A DNA stretch of 64,000 bases, from positions 32,001 through 96,000 of the IMG/VR virus record IMGVR_UViG_3300022752_003639; one strand, written 5' to 3'. The stretch comes from a virus. Below the pieces are notes generated by a model, which worked only from the letters and a program-made list of their open reading frames with translations, had not been told where the DNA came from and made no database searches. This document shows positions 9,649 through 19,853 of the stretch, one piece after another (the stretch's first letter is position 1; every line of letters starts with the position of its first letter). Position numbers and translations under genes: made by a program.

Positions 9649-9940
9649 TATGTCAGATAATGTTTTATGCAAAGACTGTATTCATGGATTTTTTAGATGG
9701 CAAGATTATCCCATGGCATGGTTTGATAAATCCAGTTATTTGTATTGTAAAAAAGCATATACAGAAGCGACCGAAGAACACGATCCTGTAGTAGGTATAA
9801 GGTACGAACCAGGAAGATATAGGTCAGCAAGATTTGAAAGATTAAAAATTTTTCAAGATGAAACTAGATGTGGGCCGGAAGGAAAATTTTGGTCACCTAA
9901 AAATAAAAAAGATTTATTTGTCTTATTAAAGAGAACATGA
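9635..9940 (+). CDS. hypothetical Cys-containing protein
   Basis: LCKDCIH ... CGPEGKFW. Confidence 0.7.
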   Translation: MIEFDMSDNVLCKDCIHGFFRWQDYPMAWFDKSSYLYCKKAYTEATEEHDPVVGIRYEPGRYRSARFERLKIFQDETRCGPEGKFWSPKNKKDLFVLLKRT

Positions 9941-10131
9941 TGAATAACGATGATATAAAAAACCGTATGAAAGAACTAATGGGGCCCATAGATCGTCAAA
10001 TAATGATGTGCGATGATAGAAACGAACTTATAATGTTAGCTAGCTGTTTAATGATTACCTGTAAAGATTTACTAGATCAAGAAATAGGTACACGAGGAAG
10101 AAAATTAATGTTCGAGGATTTTTCAAAATGA
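9937..10131 (+). CDS. hypothetical protein
   Basis: 64-aa ORF, ATGA-coupled. Confidence 0.7.
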   Translation: MMNNDDIKNRMKELMGPIDRQIMMCDDRNELIMLASCLMITCKDLLDQEIGTRGRKLMFEDFSK

Positions 10132-10325
10132 AAACTGAAAAAATTATTAGACAAACTGAAGATTTTCGTTTAATTTTAAAAAAAACTTTGTGCGACTCCC
10201 CTAAAAATCTATATCATATAGAATTAGAGGGGCAGCAAATTAGAGACAAAACTTTTACCAGTACCTATAGTTTCTTCTTGACCAAAGAAGAAATAGTGTT
10301 ATTGACTCAGCACCTTGCAGACTGA
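10128..10325 (+). CDS. hypothetical protein
   Basis: 65-aa ORF, ATGA-coupled. Confidence 0.65.
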   Translation: MKTEKIIRQTEDFRLILKKTLCDSPKNLYHIELEGQQIRDKTFTSTYSFFLTKEEIVLLTQHLAD

Positions 10326-10327
10326 AT

Positions 10328-11287
10328 ATGCAAATTATACCGCTAAAAGGAGGAAGTTTAAGTTCAACTAATCATCATAAAGATAATAATTTTGAATTTG
10401 TAAGGAAAACCATTAATCTTTCATCGTCTAGAGAATACGGGTATGTAAGATGGTATTCTCAGTTAAAAAAGTTGCAGAGATTTACGACAATGTGGCCAAA
10501 TCTTGTCCCTAAAGTTTTAAGCGTTGGAGTAGAAAATGGCAACGCTTATTTTGATTTAGAATTTTTACAGGGATATACAGACATAAAAACTATTTTTTCA
10601 AGAGATCATATATCAGATAATCTCATTTTAAAAATTAATAATTCACTTTGGCAAGCATTTAATAAAATTCATGCAAATAAGTTAATTGCAAACAAAGGAG
10701 CAACTTTTCTTTACTTTCAAGAAGAAATATTTCAAAAAATTTTAGATGCAAGAAAAAATGAAGGATTTAACAATTTTCTTAAACATAATTCATATTTTTA
10801 TAATGGTCAAAAAGTTCCTAATATTGTAAATGAGCTGCATGTATTAGAAAAATATTTTTCATCTATAGATTTAGAATATGAAAACTTTATTCATGGCAAT
10901 CCCACACTTGAAAACACCATGTATTCAATAGATGAAGACAAAATAAAATTTATAGATTTATATGAAGAAAGTATAATAGATAGTAAGTTTTTAGACTATA
11001 GTCAGGTATTACAATGTTCTAGAAGCTTTTATGGATTTATTAATGATAGAGAAGTCAATATCAATGGTAACTCAGTATTTTATAACCAAGTAGTTCCAAA
11101 AAATTATTTGAAATTTACAGAATGTTTTCTTAATAATATTAATAAAAAAGATTTAACATTTATAGATATTTTAGAAGCTAGTCAATTTATAAGAATGTTG
11201 CCATTTAAATGTTATGCAGGAGAAATAGACAAGGCTAAATATTTCTTCGTACATGCTTGTTACCTATTTAATAAGATTTTTAAATGA
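10328..11287 (+). CDS. aminoglycoside/choline-kinase-like phosphotransferase fold protein
   Basis: LKGGSLS nucleotide loop, FVRK, HGNPTLEN (HGDxxxxN-like), KFIDLY. Confidence 0.65.
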   Translation: MQIIPLKGGSLSSTNHHKDNNFEFVRKTINLSSSREYGYVRWYSQLKKLQRFTTMWPNLVPKVLSVGVENGNAYFDLEFLQGYTDIKTIFSRDHISDNLILKINNSLWQAFNKIHANKLIANKGATFLYFQEEIFQKILDARKNEGFNNFLKHNSYFYNGQKVPNIVNELHVLEKYFSSIDLEYENFIHGNPTLENTMYSIDEDKIKFIDLYEESIIDSKFLDYSQVLQCSRSFYGFINDREVNINGNSVFYNQVVPKNYLKFTECFLNNINKKDLTFIDILEASQFIRMLPFKCYAGEIDKAKYFFVHACYLFNKIFK

Positions 11288-12378
11288 ATACTTGGAATAT
11301 AAATTGCCAATTAGAACAAGAATTTTCGATAATAGAAACATATGATCTTACTAATAATAATTTTTTAAAAAACCATATAGATTTTAATAAAAGACAAATT
11401 ATTATTGTAGATAAAAAAATTAGTTTATTATATTCCGACTTTCTTGATATATTTCCAGATGCTGTAATACTAAAACTTCAAATCGAAGAAACTCAAAAAA
11501 ATTTGCAAAGTATTGAAAAGATTATTAATTTTTTCAACCATAATAATCTTTTAAGAAGAGAAGAAGTAATTGCAATAGGAGGAGGAGTGTTATTGGATTT
11601 GGTAGGATTTGCATGTAGTATATATAGAAGAGGAATTCCGTATATAAAAATTCCTACTACTTTACTTGCCTACGTAGATGCAAGTATAGGTACTAAGGTT
11701 GGAATTAATTACTTAGGTAAAAGAAATAGATTGGGTAGCTATTATCCCCCTTCTAAAGTCTTATTAGACAAAAAGTTCTTCAAAACTCAAGAAGAAAAAC
11801 AGATTATAAATGGAATTGGTGAAATTTTAAAACTCGCTATTATTAGCAATTTAAAATTATTCGAACTTATTGAACAAGGTAATAATATCGTTTCAAACTC
11901 ATTACAAAATAGCGATGAAATATTATTTCAATCTATAGATACCATGGTTAACGAACTACAAAACAATCTGTATGAAAGAAACTTAAAACGACCAGTAGAT
12001 TTTGGACATACATTTAGTCCTATGATTGAAATGAAAAATCTACCTTCTATGTTACATGGTGAAGCAGTAATGTTAGATTGCTTTTTTTCCTGTTGCTTAA
12101 GTTATTATAAAAACTTTATAACCAAACAAGACCTAAATCGTATATACAATTGTATAAGAAAATACAAACTGCCAACTTTTCATTCGGATTTCGCAGACAT
12201 AAATTTAATTCTAATGTCACTAGAAGAGACAACACTACATAGAGACGGTTATCAAAATATTCCTTTACCAAAAACTTTAGGAAAGAATATCATTACTAAT
12301 GGTGTCACTTCAGACGACTTAAAAAAAACCATTGAAATATTCTTAGAATATGAAAACAGCATTAATCACAGGAACTAG
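11284..12378 (+). CDS. sedoheptulose-7-phosphate cyclase (EEVS-like, DHQS superfamily)
   Basis: GGGVLLD, YRRG, PTTL, KxNRLGSY, EILK, MVNELQNNLYE, DFGHTFSP. Confidence 0.8.
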   Translation: MNTWNINCQLEQEFSIIETYDLTNNNFLKNHIDFNKRQIIIVDKKISLLYSDFLDIFPDAVILKLQIEETQKNLQSIEKIINFFNHNNLLRREEVIAIGGGVLLDLVGFACSIYRRGIPYIKIPTTLLAYVDASIGTKVGINYLGKRNRLGSYYPPSKVLLDKKFFKTQEEKQIINGIGEILKLAIISNLKLFELIEQGNNIVSNSLQNSDEILFQSIDTMVNELQNNLYERNLKRPVDFGHTFSPMIEMKNLPSMLHGEAVMLDCFFSCCLSYYKNFITKQDLNRIYNCIRKYKLPTFHSDFADINLILMSLEETTLHRDGYQNIPLPKTLGKNIITNGVTSDDLKKTIEIFLEYENSINHRN

Positions 12379-13021
12379 TCAAGGACTGGGCAAGGATATA
12401 GCCCAATACTTTTTACAAAATAACTTTAAGGTGATAGGACTTTCTAGAACTGTTGGCAATATTGAACATAAAAACTTTATTCATATTCCAATAGACTTGT
12501 CATGCCATGATCAGTTAGCTAAGTTGTTCAATAACTTTCCTTATCAGGTAGATTTGGTTATACATAATGCAGCAAGATTTAAACAGTCAACACTAGAAAA
12601 TCTGTCCATAGAAGAAATTTGTAATATATTAAATGTCAATATCAAATCACCTGTAATACTTACTAAACTACTTTTACCCTATATAAGTAAAAACAGTCAT
12701 ATTATCTTTATAAACAGTGTAGCAGGACTCTATAATTTAGATAATCAGTCAGTGTATTGTGCAAGTAAACACGCTCTTACATCTTTTGCCAAGATCATTG
12801 GTAAAGAATTAAGAAAAGATAAAATAAAAGTATTCAGTATTCATCCAGGAGGAATTAATACACCGTTGTGGAACGAATCTAATCCATACCCTCTTGGTGA
12901 TCATAACAAAGCATTATCAAAAACCGAAATCGTAAAAATAATAGATTTAATATTAAATTTAAATGATAATACATATGTTAGTAATATTGAAGTGTTTCCT
13001 ACAATAGAATGGCACGGATAA
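12350..13021 (+). CDS. short-chain dehydrogenase/reductase
   Basis: TGTSQGLG, HNAA, NSVAG, YCASK, IHPGG. Confidence 0.9.
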   Translation: MKTALITGTSQGLGKDIAQYFLQNNFKVIGLSRTVGNIEHKNFIHIPIDLSCHDQLAKLFNNFPYQVDLVIHNAARFKQSTLENLSIEEICNILNVNIKSPVILTKLLLPYISKNSHIIFINSVAGLYNLDNQSVYCASKHALTSFAKIIGKELRKDKIKVFSIHPGGINTPLWNESNPYPLGDHNKALSKTEIVKIIDLILNLNDNTYVSNIEVFPTIEWHG

Positions 13022-13081
13022 TACCATTTGTACTTGTAAAATATGAAAAATAATGCTATAATAATATAAATCGGAGATAAC

Positions 13082-14110
13082 ATGACAAAAAAAATTGGTT
13101 TTGCGTGTAAGTGGATTGATAGGCCTGATCAAGTAAACGGAATTAAGGCTAAAGACGACTGTAAAAAATATAATACAGGCACGACTACCGTAGCTTGGTT
13201 AAATAGACAAAGTAAAGATGTTGCTGAAAAAAAACTGTGGGATCTACTTAAAAACAATATTGAATCTACACGTTTATTAGTTGAAAGGGTTGGGAAATTA
13301 AATGAAAAACTTCGTATGGTACGTCTTAGCAGTGACATTCTCCCTGTTTATACTGAACCAAGTTGGAGCTATTTCTATAGAGATAACACCGTTCGCCAGT
13401 ATCTTGAACGCCATTTTCTCACTATTGGGGATATTGCTCGTAGGGATAATATTCGCTTGTCTTTTCATCCTGGCCAGTATACTGTGCTTGCTTCTGATAA
13501 TCCAGAAATTGTTAATAGGTCAATAGAGGAATTTGAATATCATGTGGATATGGCCCGTTGGATGGGATACGGTAAGAAATTTCAAGACTTTAAAATCAAT
13601 GTCCACATCGCGGGTCGCGCCGGTCCCCAAGGCATTAGAAACGTCTTTTCAAGATTGTCTCCAGAAGCACGTAACACAATTACCATCGAAAATGAAGAAA
13701 TAAAGTACGGCCTAGCTGATTGTTTAGAATTAGCAGATATCTTGCCTATTGTACTAGATGTACATCATTTTTGGGTTAGAGAAGGAGAGTATATTCAACC
13801 AGAAGATCCTCTTGTTTACAAAGTATTAGAAAGTTGGCGAGGAGAAAGGCCTGTTCTTCATTACAGTATAAGTAGAGAAGATGTATTGGTAGGACACGAT
13901 CCGGGCGGAGCTCCTTTTATGGAATCAATACTAAGACGAGGTATAACAAAACAAAAATTACGTGCTCACAGTGATTTTTTCTGGAATCACACAGTGAATA
14001 GATATGTTCTTAGATTCGCTGATCAATTCGATATCATGTGCGAAAGTAAAGGTAAAAATATTGCCAGTTTTGCCTTGTTTGAGTTTGCCGAAACCAATGG
14101 CTTAATTTAA
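13082..14110 (+). CDS. uvsE: UV damage endonuclease
   Basis: KIGFACK, RMVRLSSD, RLSFHPGQY, INVHI, IENEE, LDVHH, HYS, RAHSD, MCESKGK. Confidence 0.9.
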   Translation: MTKKIGFACKWIDRPDQVNGIKAKDDCKKYNTGTTTVAWLNRQSKDVAEKKLWDLLKNNIESTRLLVERVGKLNEKLRMVRLSSDILPVYTEPSWSYFYRDNTVRQYLERHFLTIGDIARRDNIRLSFHPGQYTVLASDNPEIVNRSIEEFEYHVDMARWMGYGKKFQDFKINVHIAGRAGPQGIRNVFSRLSPEARNTITIENEEIKYGLADCLELADILPIVLDVHHFWVREGEYIQPEDPLVYKVLESWRGERPVLHYSISREDVLVGHDPGGAPFMESILRRGITKQKLRAHSDFFWNHTVNRYVLRFADQFDIMCESKGKNIASFALFEFAETNGLI

Positions 14111-14503
14111 TTATTGAGCCTTTTTCGTCCTGCCACGAGTTTTCTTAACCACAGTTTCCTCGACTTTAGTCTTGGCTCTTTTAGCTGCTACTCTAGCATC
14201 TGAAAGAGTCACTTTACCATCACCGTCTAAATCTGCAAGTTTTTTAGCTCTGCCTCTAGTCTTTTTAACAGTTTCTTCTACTTTTGTGGCGATTTGTTTG
14301 GCTTCTTCTTCCGCTTTGGACGTTAAAGCCTTTACGTCAGATAAATTTACCTTTCCGTCCTTGTTTACGTCCATTGTATTAGGTATAACTTCTCCGGCTT
14401 TGTTAATTAAACTTGAAGTTGCTTCTTGTATTTTTGGATTTTTGTTATAAAACCACCAAACTGCTCCTGCAACAATACCTACTATTAAAATAATAATTTC
14501 CAT
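14111..14503 (-). CDS. membrane-anchored protein with two EF-hand-like loops and basic repeats
   Basis: N-terminal TM; DVNKDGKVNLSD and DLDGDGKVTLSD; KVEETV(V)KKTRGR twice; minus-strand TAAATA at 14531-14536. Confidence 0.75.
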   Translation of the reverse strand: MEIIILIVGIVAGAVWWFYNKNPKIQEATSSLINKAGEVIPNTMDVNKDGKVNLSDVKALTSKAEEEAKQIATKVEETVKKTRGRAKKLADLDGDGKVTLSDARVAAKRAKTKVEETVVKKTRGRTKKAQ

Positions 14504-14530
14504 AAAATAAATCCTTTAAGGTTGATTATA

Positions 14531-14547
14531 TATTTAACCAATAAATA
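14531..14547. promoter_or_regulatory. back-to-back TAAATA late-type promoter motifs
   Basis: TATTTA (14531-36, minus strand) and TAAATA (14542-47, plus strand) between divergent genes. Confidence 0.55.
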
Positions 14548-14569
14548 CATTGTTATTTAGGAGAATGAG

Positions 14570-14773
14570 ATGTCCGAGCAATACGAAAACTTTGAGGACT
14601 ATGATGAAATGGAAGATGGAGATTTTGGGTTTATTATCAGTGCCAATGGACAATTAAAATCTATAATGTTTCCTGAAGATCTATTTGACGAACCACCTAG
14701 ACAAGTTAAACGTATTTGTAAAATCTTCGGCATAAAAGATCTAAATCAATTAGAACCAAGGACTCTACACTAA
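14570..14773 (+). CDS. small acidic hypothetical protein
   Basis: AGGAG SD; 67 aa. Confidence 0.7.
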   Translation: MSEQYENFEDYDEMEDGDFGFIISANGQLKSIMFPEDLFDEPPRQVKRICKIFGIKDLNQLEPRTLH

Positions 14774-14843
14774 TAAAAAAGTAAATTAGCCCTAATCATG
14801 ATTTTATTTTATTCAAATAAATAGTTTATCCAATAACTATATT

Positions 14844-17800
14844 ATGAGTAACGCCCGTCCTAATCTTGTTGATTTACCTGTTTTAACTGATCCAGATCCG
14901 GCTACAACGCTGTTTATTGTGCAGGATTCAGCAGTTAATCAAACCTTATCTGTAACTTTAGCACAAACTTTACTAGCACAAAAAGGTCCTACAGGGCCTC
15001 AGGGTCCACAAGGTATTACTGGCCCTACAGGACCAAGTGGTCCTCAGGGTATAACAGGGCCGCAGGGACCAATTGGTATAACTGGACCACAAGGTCCACA
15101 AGGCGTAACTGGACCACAAGGTCCACAAGGTCCACAAGGCGTAACTGGACCACAGGGTCCAAGTGGACCACAAGGCGTGACTGGACCACAAGGTCCAATT
15201 GGAGTTACAGGACCACAGGGCCCAATAGGACCACAAGGTCCCACAGGAGCAGGTGTTACAGGACCAACAGGTCCGTATAGTACAGTAACCAACAACCTAG
15301 AAGGAGGAGCCCTAGGTAGCATTCCATATCAAAATGCATCTAGTGTTACAGTATTTTTAGGTATCGGCGCTAATAATGCAATTTTAAGATCTAACGGAAG
15401 TATACCAACCTGGGCATCAAGTGGCACTGTACAAGTTGGATTTGCTACACAAGCCAAACAATTATATATTAATAATGTTTTAGATGATGCTATACCTGCT
15501 GTAAGATATCCGGCGCTTTCGGCAGGACCAAATGCGTTTGACGATGTCTCTGTTAACGCAAATTTATTTTACGACCTTTCTAAACAGAAACTTTCAGTCG
15601 GAGTAGTATCAGTAACATCAACAACAAATTCTACCAGTACCACTACAGGCGCATTTACAGTTTCTGGTGGTATGGCAGTGGCGAAAGATGTATTCATTGG
15701 CGGAAATGTAAGTATACTAGGTGCATTAAACATAGGAACTAATCTTAGCGTTAATAATGTTAATACATCTACTAATTTGGCAGGAGGTGTAGCAGGAGCT
15801 ATACCATATCAAACATCAACAGGACAAACTAGCTTTTTTGGTCCGGGTAGTAACGGTAATGTTTTAGTTGCCAATGGCTCAGCTATGCCGACGTTTAATA
15901 ATACATTAACATTATTCGGTTTAGCAAATTCTACTAATCAGTTTACCGGTGCTTTTCAAGTTAGAGGTGGTGCAGGAATAGGTCAAGCTCTGTGGGTAGG
16001 CGGTAAAATTGTTTCTTTAAGCACGGACCAAGCTACATCTACATTAACAGGCGCATTAGTAGTATCTGGGGGTGCAGGAATTGGTGGTAATCTATATGTA
16101 GCTGGTGAGATCGTAGCAGATAAATTAACTATTCAATACACCACTGTTACTACCACGTTGGTAGTAACAGACGACGTTATAGAAACTACGAATTCAACAC
16201 AGGCAATAAGCACCACGACGGGAGCATTAAAAGTAGCGGGCGGTGCTGGTATAGGTAGAAATTTATATGTCGGAGGTACTATATTTGGTACAGCTACCAA
16301 TGCCACTTCAGCAGCTAATTTATCAGGTGGTGCCCAAGGAAGTATACCTTACCAGACTAACATAGGTCAAACAGCATTTATTCCAATAGGCACAAGTAGT
16401 TATATCCTAGTTTCAAACGGTAGTACAGCAACATGGTTAAATCCTAACAACTTAAGTTCTGGCGCAAGTACAACGGCTTCTAACTTGTCATTTGGTGACC
16501 AATACTTAATCCCCTACCAAACAGGTCCAGGTAGTACAACATTTGAATACGGGTTTGAATATTGGTACAACGATAATTTATTCAGTGTAACAAATGTTGT
16601 TATAAATGGCACTATTGGTTCTCCTTCACCCAACACAGGATCTTTAAGAGTTTTGGGAGGAGTAGGCATAGCACAAAACGTAGCAGTTGGCGGGCAAGGA
16701 TTATTTGCCAACGGTGCTAATGCAAGTTCTACTAACAGTGGTGCAGTTATTGTAACCGGTGGAGTTGGTATTGGCGCAAATTTATACGTAGGTGGACAGA
16801 CTAATCTAGCAGGAATTAACACCGTAGTAAATGCAACAAATGCAGGCTCTACCAATTCAGGCGCACTACAGGTAGTAGGAGGAGTTGGAATAGGTCAAAG
16901 TTTAGTTGTAGGCGGACGCACGACTATTACTAATATTACATCAGCTACTTCAACAATAACTGGTGCATTTAATGTGTTTGGCGGAGTAGGAGTTGGCGGA
17001 GACATATTTGTAGGAGGAACCATCTATGGTAATGCCAGTGGTATTATTTCAACAGCTACAAATTTAAATGGTGGGGTAGCCGGACAGACACCTTATCAAC
17101 AAAGTCCCGGAAGAACCGTTTTCACAGGTCCAGGTAATGCCGGCGAAGTAATGGTCAGTAGAGGATCAGGAGGACCTGCATTTTTTAATACACTGACGTT
17201 GGATGGATTAACTGTTTCTGTAAGTACTTTGACAGGGGCTTTTCAAGTAAGGGGTGGAGCTGGCATAGGAGGAGATTTATATGCTAGTCGTATGCGAACA
17301 GTTTTTGGTACACAAGCTACATCAACTATAACAGGCGACTTAGTTACACAAGGTGGCGTAGGCATAGGTGGTAATTTATATGTAGGTGGCAATATTGTAG
17401 GTAACCTTGGTGTAGCTGTAAATACAGCCAGCCAGGTTAATACAGTTTCATTACCTATTTCAGGTACATATTATCCAACTTTTGTAGATTCAAACAATGC
17501 TTCTTCTAGTGGTGAATTATTATATACTACTAGCAGTGTTTCTGTTAACCCAAACAGTGGATTTTTCACAGCCAATGGAGTTTCTTTACCACAAAATACT
17601 GTAGGTACAAATTACTTCGGAGTTTCGGGTGAACCAACATATTATATTGGTCAAACTGTTGGTAACACAGACGGCTGGAAAATCTATGGCGAAAGCCCGG
17701 CAGGAAACGAAACAAGTAACTTTATTTTACAATCAGAAAACGATTACGATCAGAATGAATCTATAAGATTTAGATTTAAACGTACCTACGGCACATATAT

Positions 17801-18281
17801 TACTAATGATATACTTGTGGCAAAATATGATCAAGTTTATATTACCACAGGAACTTTCCAAGTAGGTTATACCAGTCCACAAGCAGGATCAACAGCATCA
17901 ATAAATGGTTCATTATATGTTAATGGTGAAATCAGAGCCACTGGAGATGTCACAGCCTATTATACTTCAGATGCCAGTTTGAAAGAAAACATAAGATTAA
18001 TTGACAACCCAATTACACTGATAAACCAAATTCACGGTTACTATTTTGACTGGAAGGAAGATTTTATTGAAAGTCGTGGCGGAGAAGACGGGTTCTTTGT
18101 AAGAAAGCAAGATGTTGGTGTTATTGCTCAAGAGATAGAAAAAATACTTCCGCAACTTGTCGCTACGAAACCAAACGGGCATAAAGCTATTCAATATGGA
18201 AAAATTATTCCATTACTTATTGAATCAGTTAAATATCTTGCGTCAGAAGTAGAAAATTTAAAAAATAACTTAAAGAAATAA
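14844..18281 (+). CDS. tail fibre with collagen-like repeats and C-terminal intramolecular chaperone (S74-like)
   Basis: Gly-X-Y run; repeated NLxGGxxGxIPYQ and STxTGAxxVxGGxG units; C-terminal SDASLKENI ... GVIAQEIE ... coiled coil; TAAATA at 14818-23. Confidence 0.85.
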   Translation: MSNARPNLVDLPVLTDPDPATTLFIVQDSAVNQTLSVTLAQTLLAQKGPTGPQGPQGITGPTGPSGPQGITGPQGPIGITGPQGPQGVTGPQGPQGPQGVTGPQGPSGPQGVTGPQGPIGVTGPQGPIGPQGPTGAGVTGPTGPYSTVTNNLEGGALGSIPYQNASSVTVFLGIGANNAILRSNGSIPTWASSGTVQVGFATQAKQLYINNVLDDAIPAVRYPALSAGPNAFDDVSVNANLFYDLSKQKLSVGVVSVTSTTNSTSTTTGAFTVSGGMAVAKDVFIGGNVSILGALNIGTNLSVNNVNTSTNLAGGVAGAIPYQTSTGQTSFFGPGSNGNVLVANGSAMPTFNNTLTLFGLANSTNQFTGAFQVRGGAGIGQALWVGGKIVSLSTDQATSTLTGALVVSGGAGIGGNLYVAGEIVADKLTIQYTTVTTTLVVTDDVIETTNSTQAISTTTGALKVAGGAGIGRNLYVGGTIFGTATNATSAANLSGGAQGSIPYQTNIGQTAFIPIGTSSYILVSNGSTATWLNPNNLSSGASTTASNLSFGDQYLIPYQTGPGSTTFEYGFEYWYNDNLFSVTNVVINGTIGSPSPNTGSLRVLGGVGIAQNVAVGGQGLFANGANASSTNSGAVIVTGGVGIGANLYVGGQTNLAGINTVVNATNAGSTNSGALQVVGGVGIGQSLVVGGRTTITNITSATSTITGAFNVFGGVGVGGDIFVGGTIYGNASGIISTATNLNGGVAGQTPYQQSPGRTVFTGPGNAGEVMVSRGSGGPAFFNTLTLDGLTVSVSTLTGAFQVRGGAGIGGDLYASRMRTVFGTQATSTITGDLVTQGGVGIGGNLYVGGNIVGNLGVAVNTASQVNTVSLPISGTYYPTFVDSNNASSSGELLYTTSSVSVNPNSGFFTANGVSLPQNTVGTNYFGVSGEPTYYIGQTVGNTDGWKIYGESPAGNETSNFILQSENDYDQNESIRFRFKRTYGTYITNDILVAKYDQVYITTGTFQVGYTSPQAGSTASINGSLYVNGEIRATGDVTAYYTSDASLKENIRLIDNPITLINQIHGYYFDWKEDFIESRGGEDGFFVRKQDVGVIAQEIEKILPQLVATKPNGHKAIQYGKIIPLLIESVKYLASEVENLKNNLKK
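14985..15275 (+). repeat. collagen-like (GPQ/GPT/GVT)n coding repeat
   Basis: About 32 Gly-X-Y triplets, with recurring ggaccacaaggt-like DNA units. Confidence 0.95.
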
Positions 18282-18294
18282 GCGGAGTTAGACT

Positions 18295-19050
18295 TTGGCT
18301 AGTACTATTACAAATTATAGCAATTCTATAAATGTTAATTTTCCTGTTCCAGGAGAAGATAATGACTCACAGGGGTTTAGGAACAACTTTTCTAAAATAC
18401 AGTCTGCTCTAGGAGTTGCTAGCAAAGAAATAACAGGGCTACAAAATGGATCAGTTAGCCTAACCACAACAAATGACTTTGGTGAAAATATTGTAAAAAG
18501 AGCAACTTTACAGGCCCCAAGTTTATTAACTGTTAACAATGGATCAGTCAGTGGAGTAGTAGAAGTAGATTATCAAACTGGTAGTTACCAAAAATATTCA
18601 GTTAACGTGAATACCCATACATTCACTGTGGTAAATTGGCCAAGTGACAATAAATGTGGTGTGGTAACTTTAGAAATAACTCCAAGTACTTCCAGTGTTA
18701 TAAACATTAACTTAGGCGGTATTACAACATTATTAACAAGAACAGGATTTCCTGTAAGCTATACTCAAACTACTCCTGTGATTTGGAATTTATGGAGTTA
18801 TGACAGCGGTAATACTGTATTTGCAGCTGAATTGGTGAATATGGCAATTAAAACAGACGGTAATGGCAATGTGTATACCAAATCCGGCACGACAGCAATG
18901 AAGGACGGATTTATTCGCATACCGTCTGCTGCTGGGGCACCAACAGGTGTACCAACTAGTATAGCAGGAACAGTTCCTTTATATTACGATTCTACCAATA
19001 ACAAGATTTATGTTTATAACGGAAGTTGGAAACAAGTTGGATTAAGTTAA
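18295..19050 (+). CDS. putative virion structural protein
   Basis: FPVPGEDNDSQGFRNNF N-terminal motif, beta-rich; TTG start uncertain. Confidence 0.65.
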   Translation: MASTITNYSNSINVNFPVPGEDNDSQGFRNNFSKIQSALGVASKEITGLQNGSVSLTTTNDFGENIVKRATLQAPSLLTVNNGSVSGVVEVDYQTGSYQKYSVNVNTHTFTVVNWPSDNKCGVVTLEITPSTSSVININLGGITTLLTRTGFPVSYTQTTPVIWNLWSYDSGNTVFAAELVNMAIKTDGNGNVYTKSGTTAMKDGFIRIPSAAGAPTGVPTSIAGTVPLYYDSTNNKIYVYNGSWKQVGLS

Positions 19051-19292
19051 TGTATAACCCATTAATAAAAGATCTGAGCAAATTAAAAGACGATGATATA
19101 GAACTAAAAATAGCAGAACTTTTTAAAAAATACACAATAGCTGCTAAAATGGGTCAAGGCTTAGTTTGCGAACAGCTCAATATTGCCATATCACATTATA
19201 GAAATGAGCAAGCCAATAGGCACATAGAAAATCACAAAAAACTACAAGAAAAAAATAAAGATTTTGACGACTTAATTAACATAGACCGTTGA
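19050..19292 (+). CDS. hypothetical protein
   Basis: ATG at 19050 overlaps the upstream TAA; MYNPLIKDLS. Confidence 0.7.
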   Translation: MYNPLIKDLSKLKDDDIELKIAELFKKYTIAAKMGQGLVCEQLNIAISHYRNEQANRHIENHKKLQEKNKDFDDLINIDR

Positions 19293-19317
19293 CATTTAGC
19301 CCTATCTATAATATAAT
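19289..19317 (+). promoter_or_regulatory. consensus sigma70 promoter
   Basis: TTGACA(19289-94)-17 bp-TATAAT(19312-17). Confidence 0.75.
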
Positions 19318-19322
19318 AAATT

Positions 19323-19853
19323 ATGGAAATAAATTCATATGGTCAGGTTACTTTAAGCGAGGATGAAGCTGTTCAAGTTATATATTCAACAAAAACACAA
19401 GATTTAGGCAGGTTCTTCTTTGAAGAATCTGTAGTATCACAGTTTAATCATGCGTTAAACAAAAATAAAGATAATATTGCATGTATAAGGTCCATCCAAT
19501 CGAATAACTTAACAATGGAAGAATTTGATCTACATAATCAAGGCCATTGGTTTATGCCAAAAAATTATTGTCCGAATCTTATTGAAATGTTATATCAGTC
19601 TTGTGACACTGAAGAAAAACGTAATAGAGTAGAAAAAGAATTAAAATTATTTACTCAGCATAAAATGTATGACCTATTATATTACCTTAAATACTTGGTA
19701 GATACCATGCGAGAAAACAATATTGTGTGGGGTGTAGGCAGAGGTAGTTGCGTTGCCAGTTATGTATTATACTTAATAGGAGTACATAAAATAGATTCTT
19801 TGAAGTATCAGTTAGATATAAATGAATTTCTAAAGGAGTTAAAAAATGAATAA
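19323..19853 (+). CDS. stand-alone DNA polymerase III alpha (DnaE) fragment
   Basis: VWGVGRGSCVASYVLYLIGVHKIDSLKYQLDINEFL aligns by eye with DnaE GPGRGSAAGSLVAY..ITDIDP..YDLLFERFL. Confidence 0.8.
   Translation: MEINSYGQVTLSEDEAVQVIYSTKTQDLGRFFFEESVVSQFNHALNKNKDNIACIRSIQSNNLTMEEFDLHNQGHWFMPKNYCPNLIEMLYQSCDTEEKRNRVEKELKLFTQHKMYDLLYYLKYLVDTMRENNIVWGVGRGSCVASYVLYLIGVHKIDSLKYQLDINEFLKELKNE

Noticed and set aside
11284-12378. Annotation as 3-dehydroquinate synthase (aroB)
   Set aside because: The motifs fit sedoheptulose-7-P cyclases better, and no other shikimate genes are present.
14985-15275. Regular short DNA repeats resembling a CRISPR or satellite array
   Set aside because: They are in-frame Gly-X-Y collagen codons with synonymous variation and no spacers.
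19323-19853. dnaE pseudogene
   Set aside because: It has a dedicated consensus promoter and a clean ORF coupled to the next gene, and no dnaE remnants are recognisable in the flanks.
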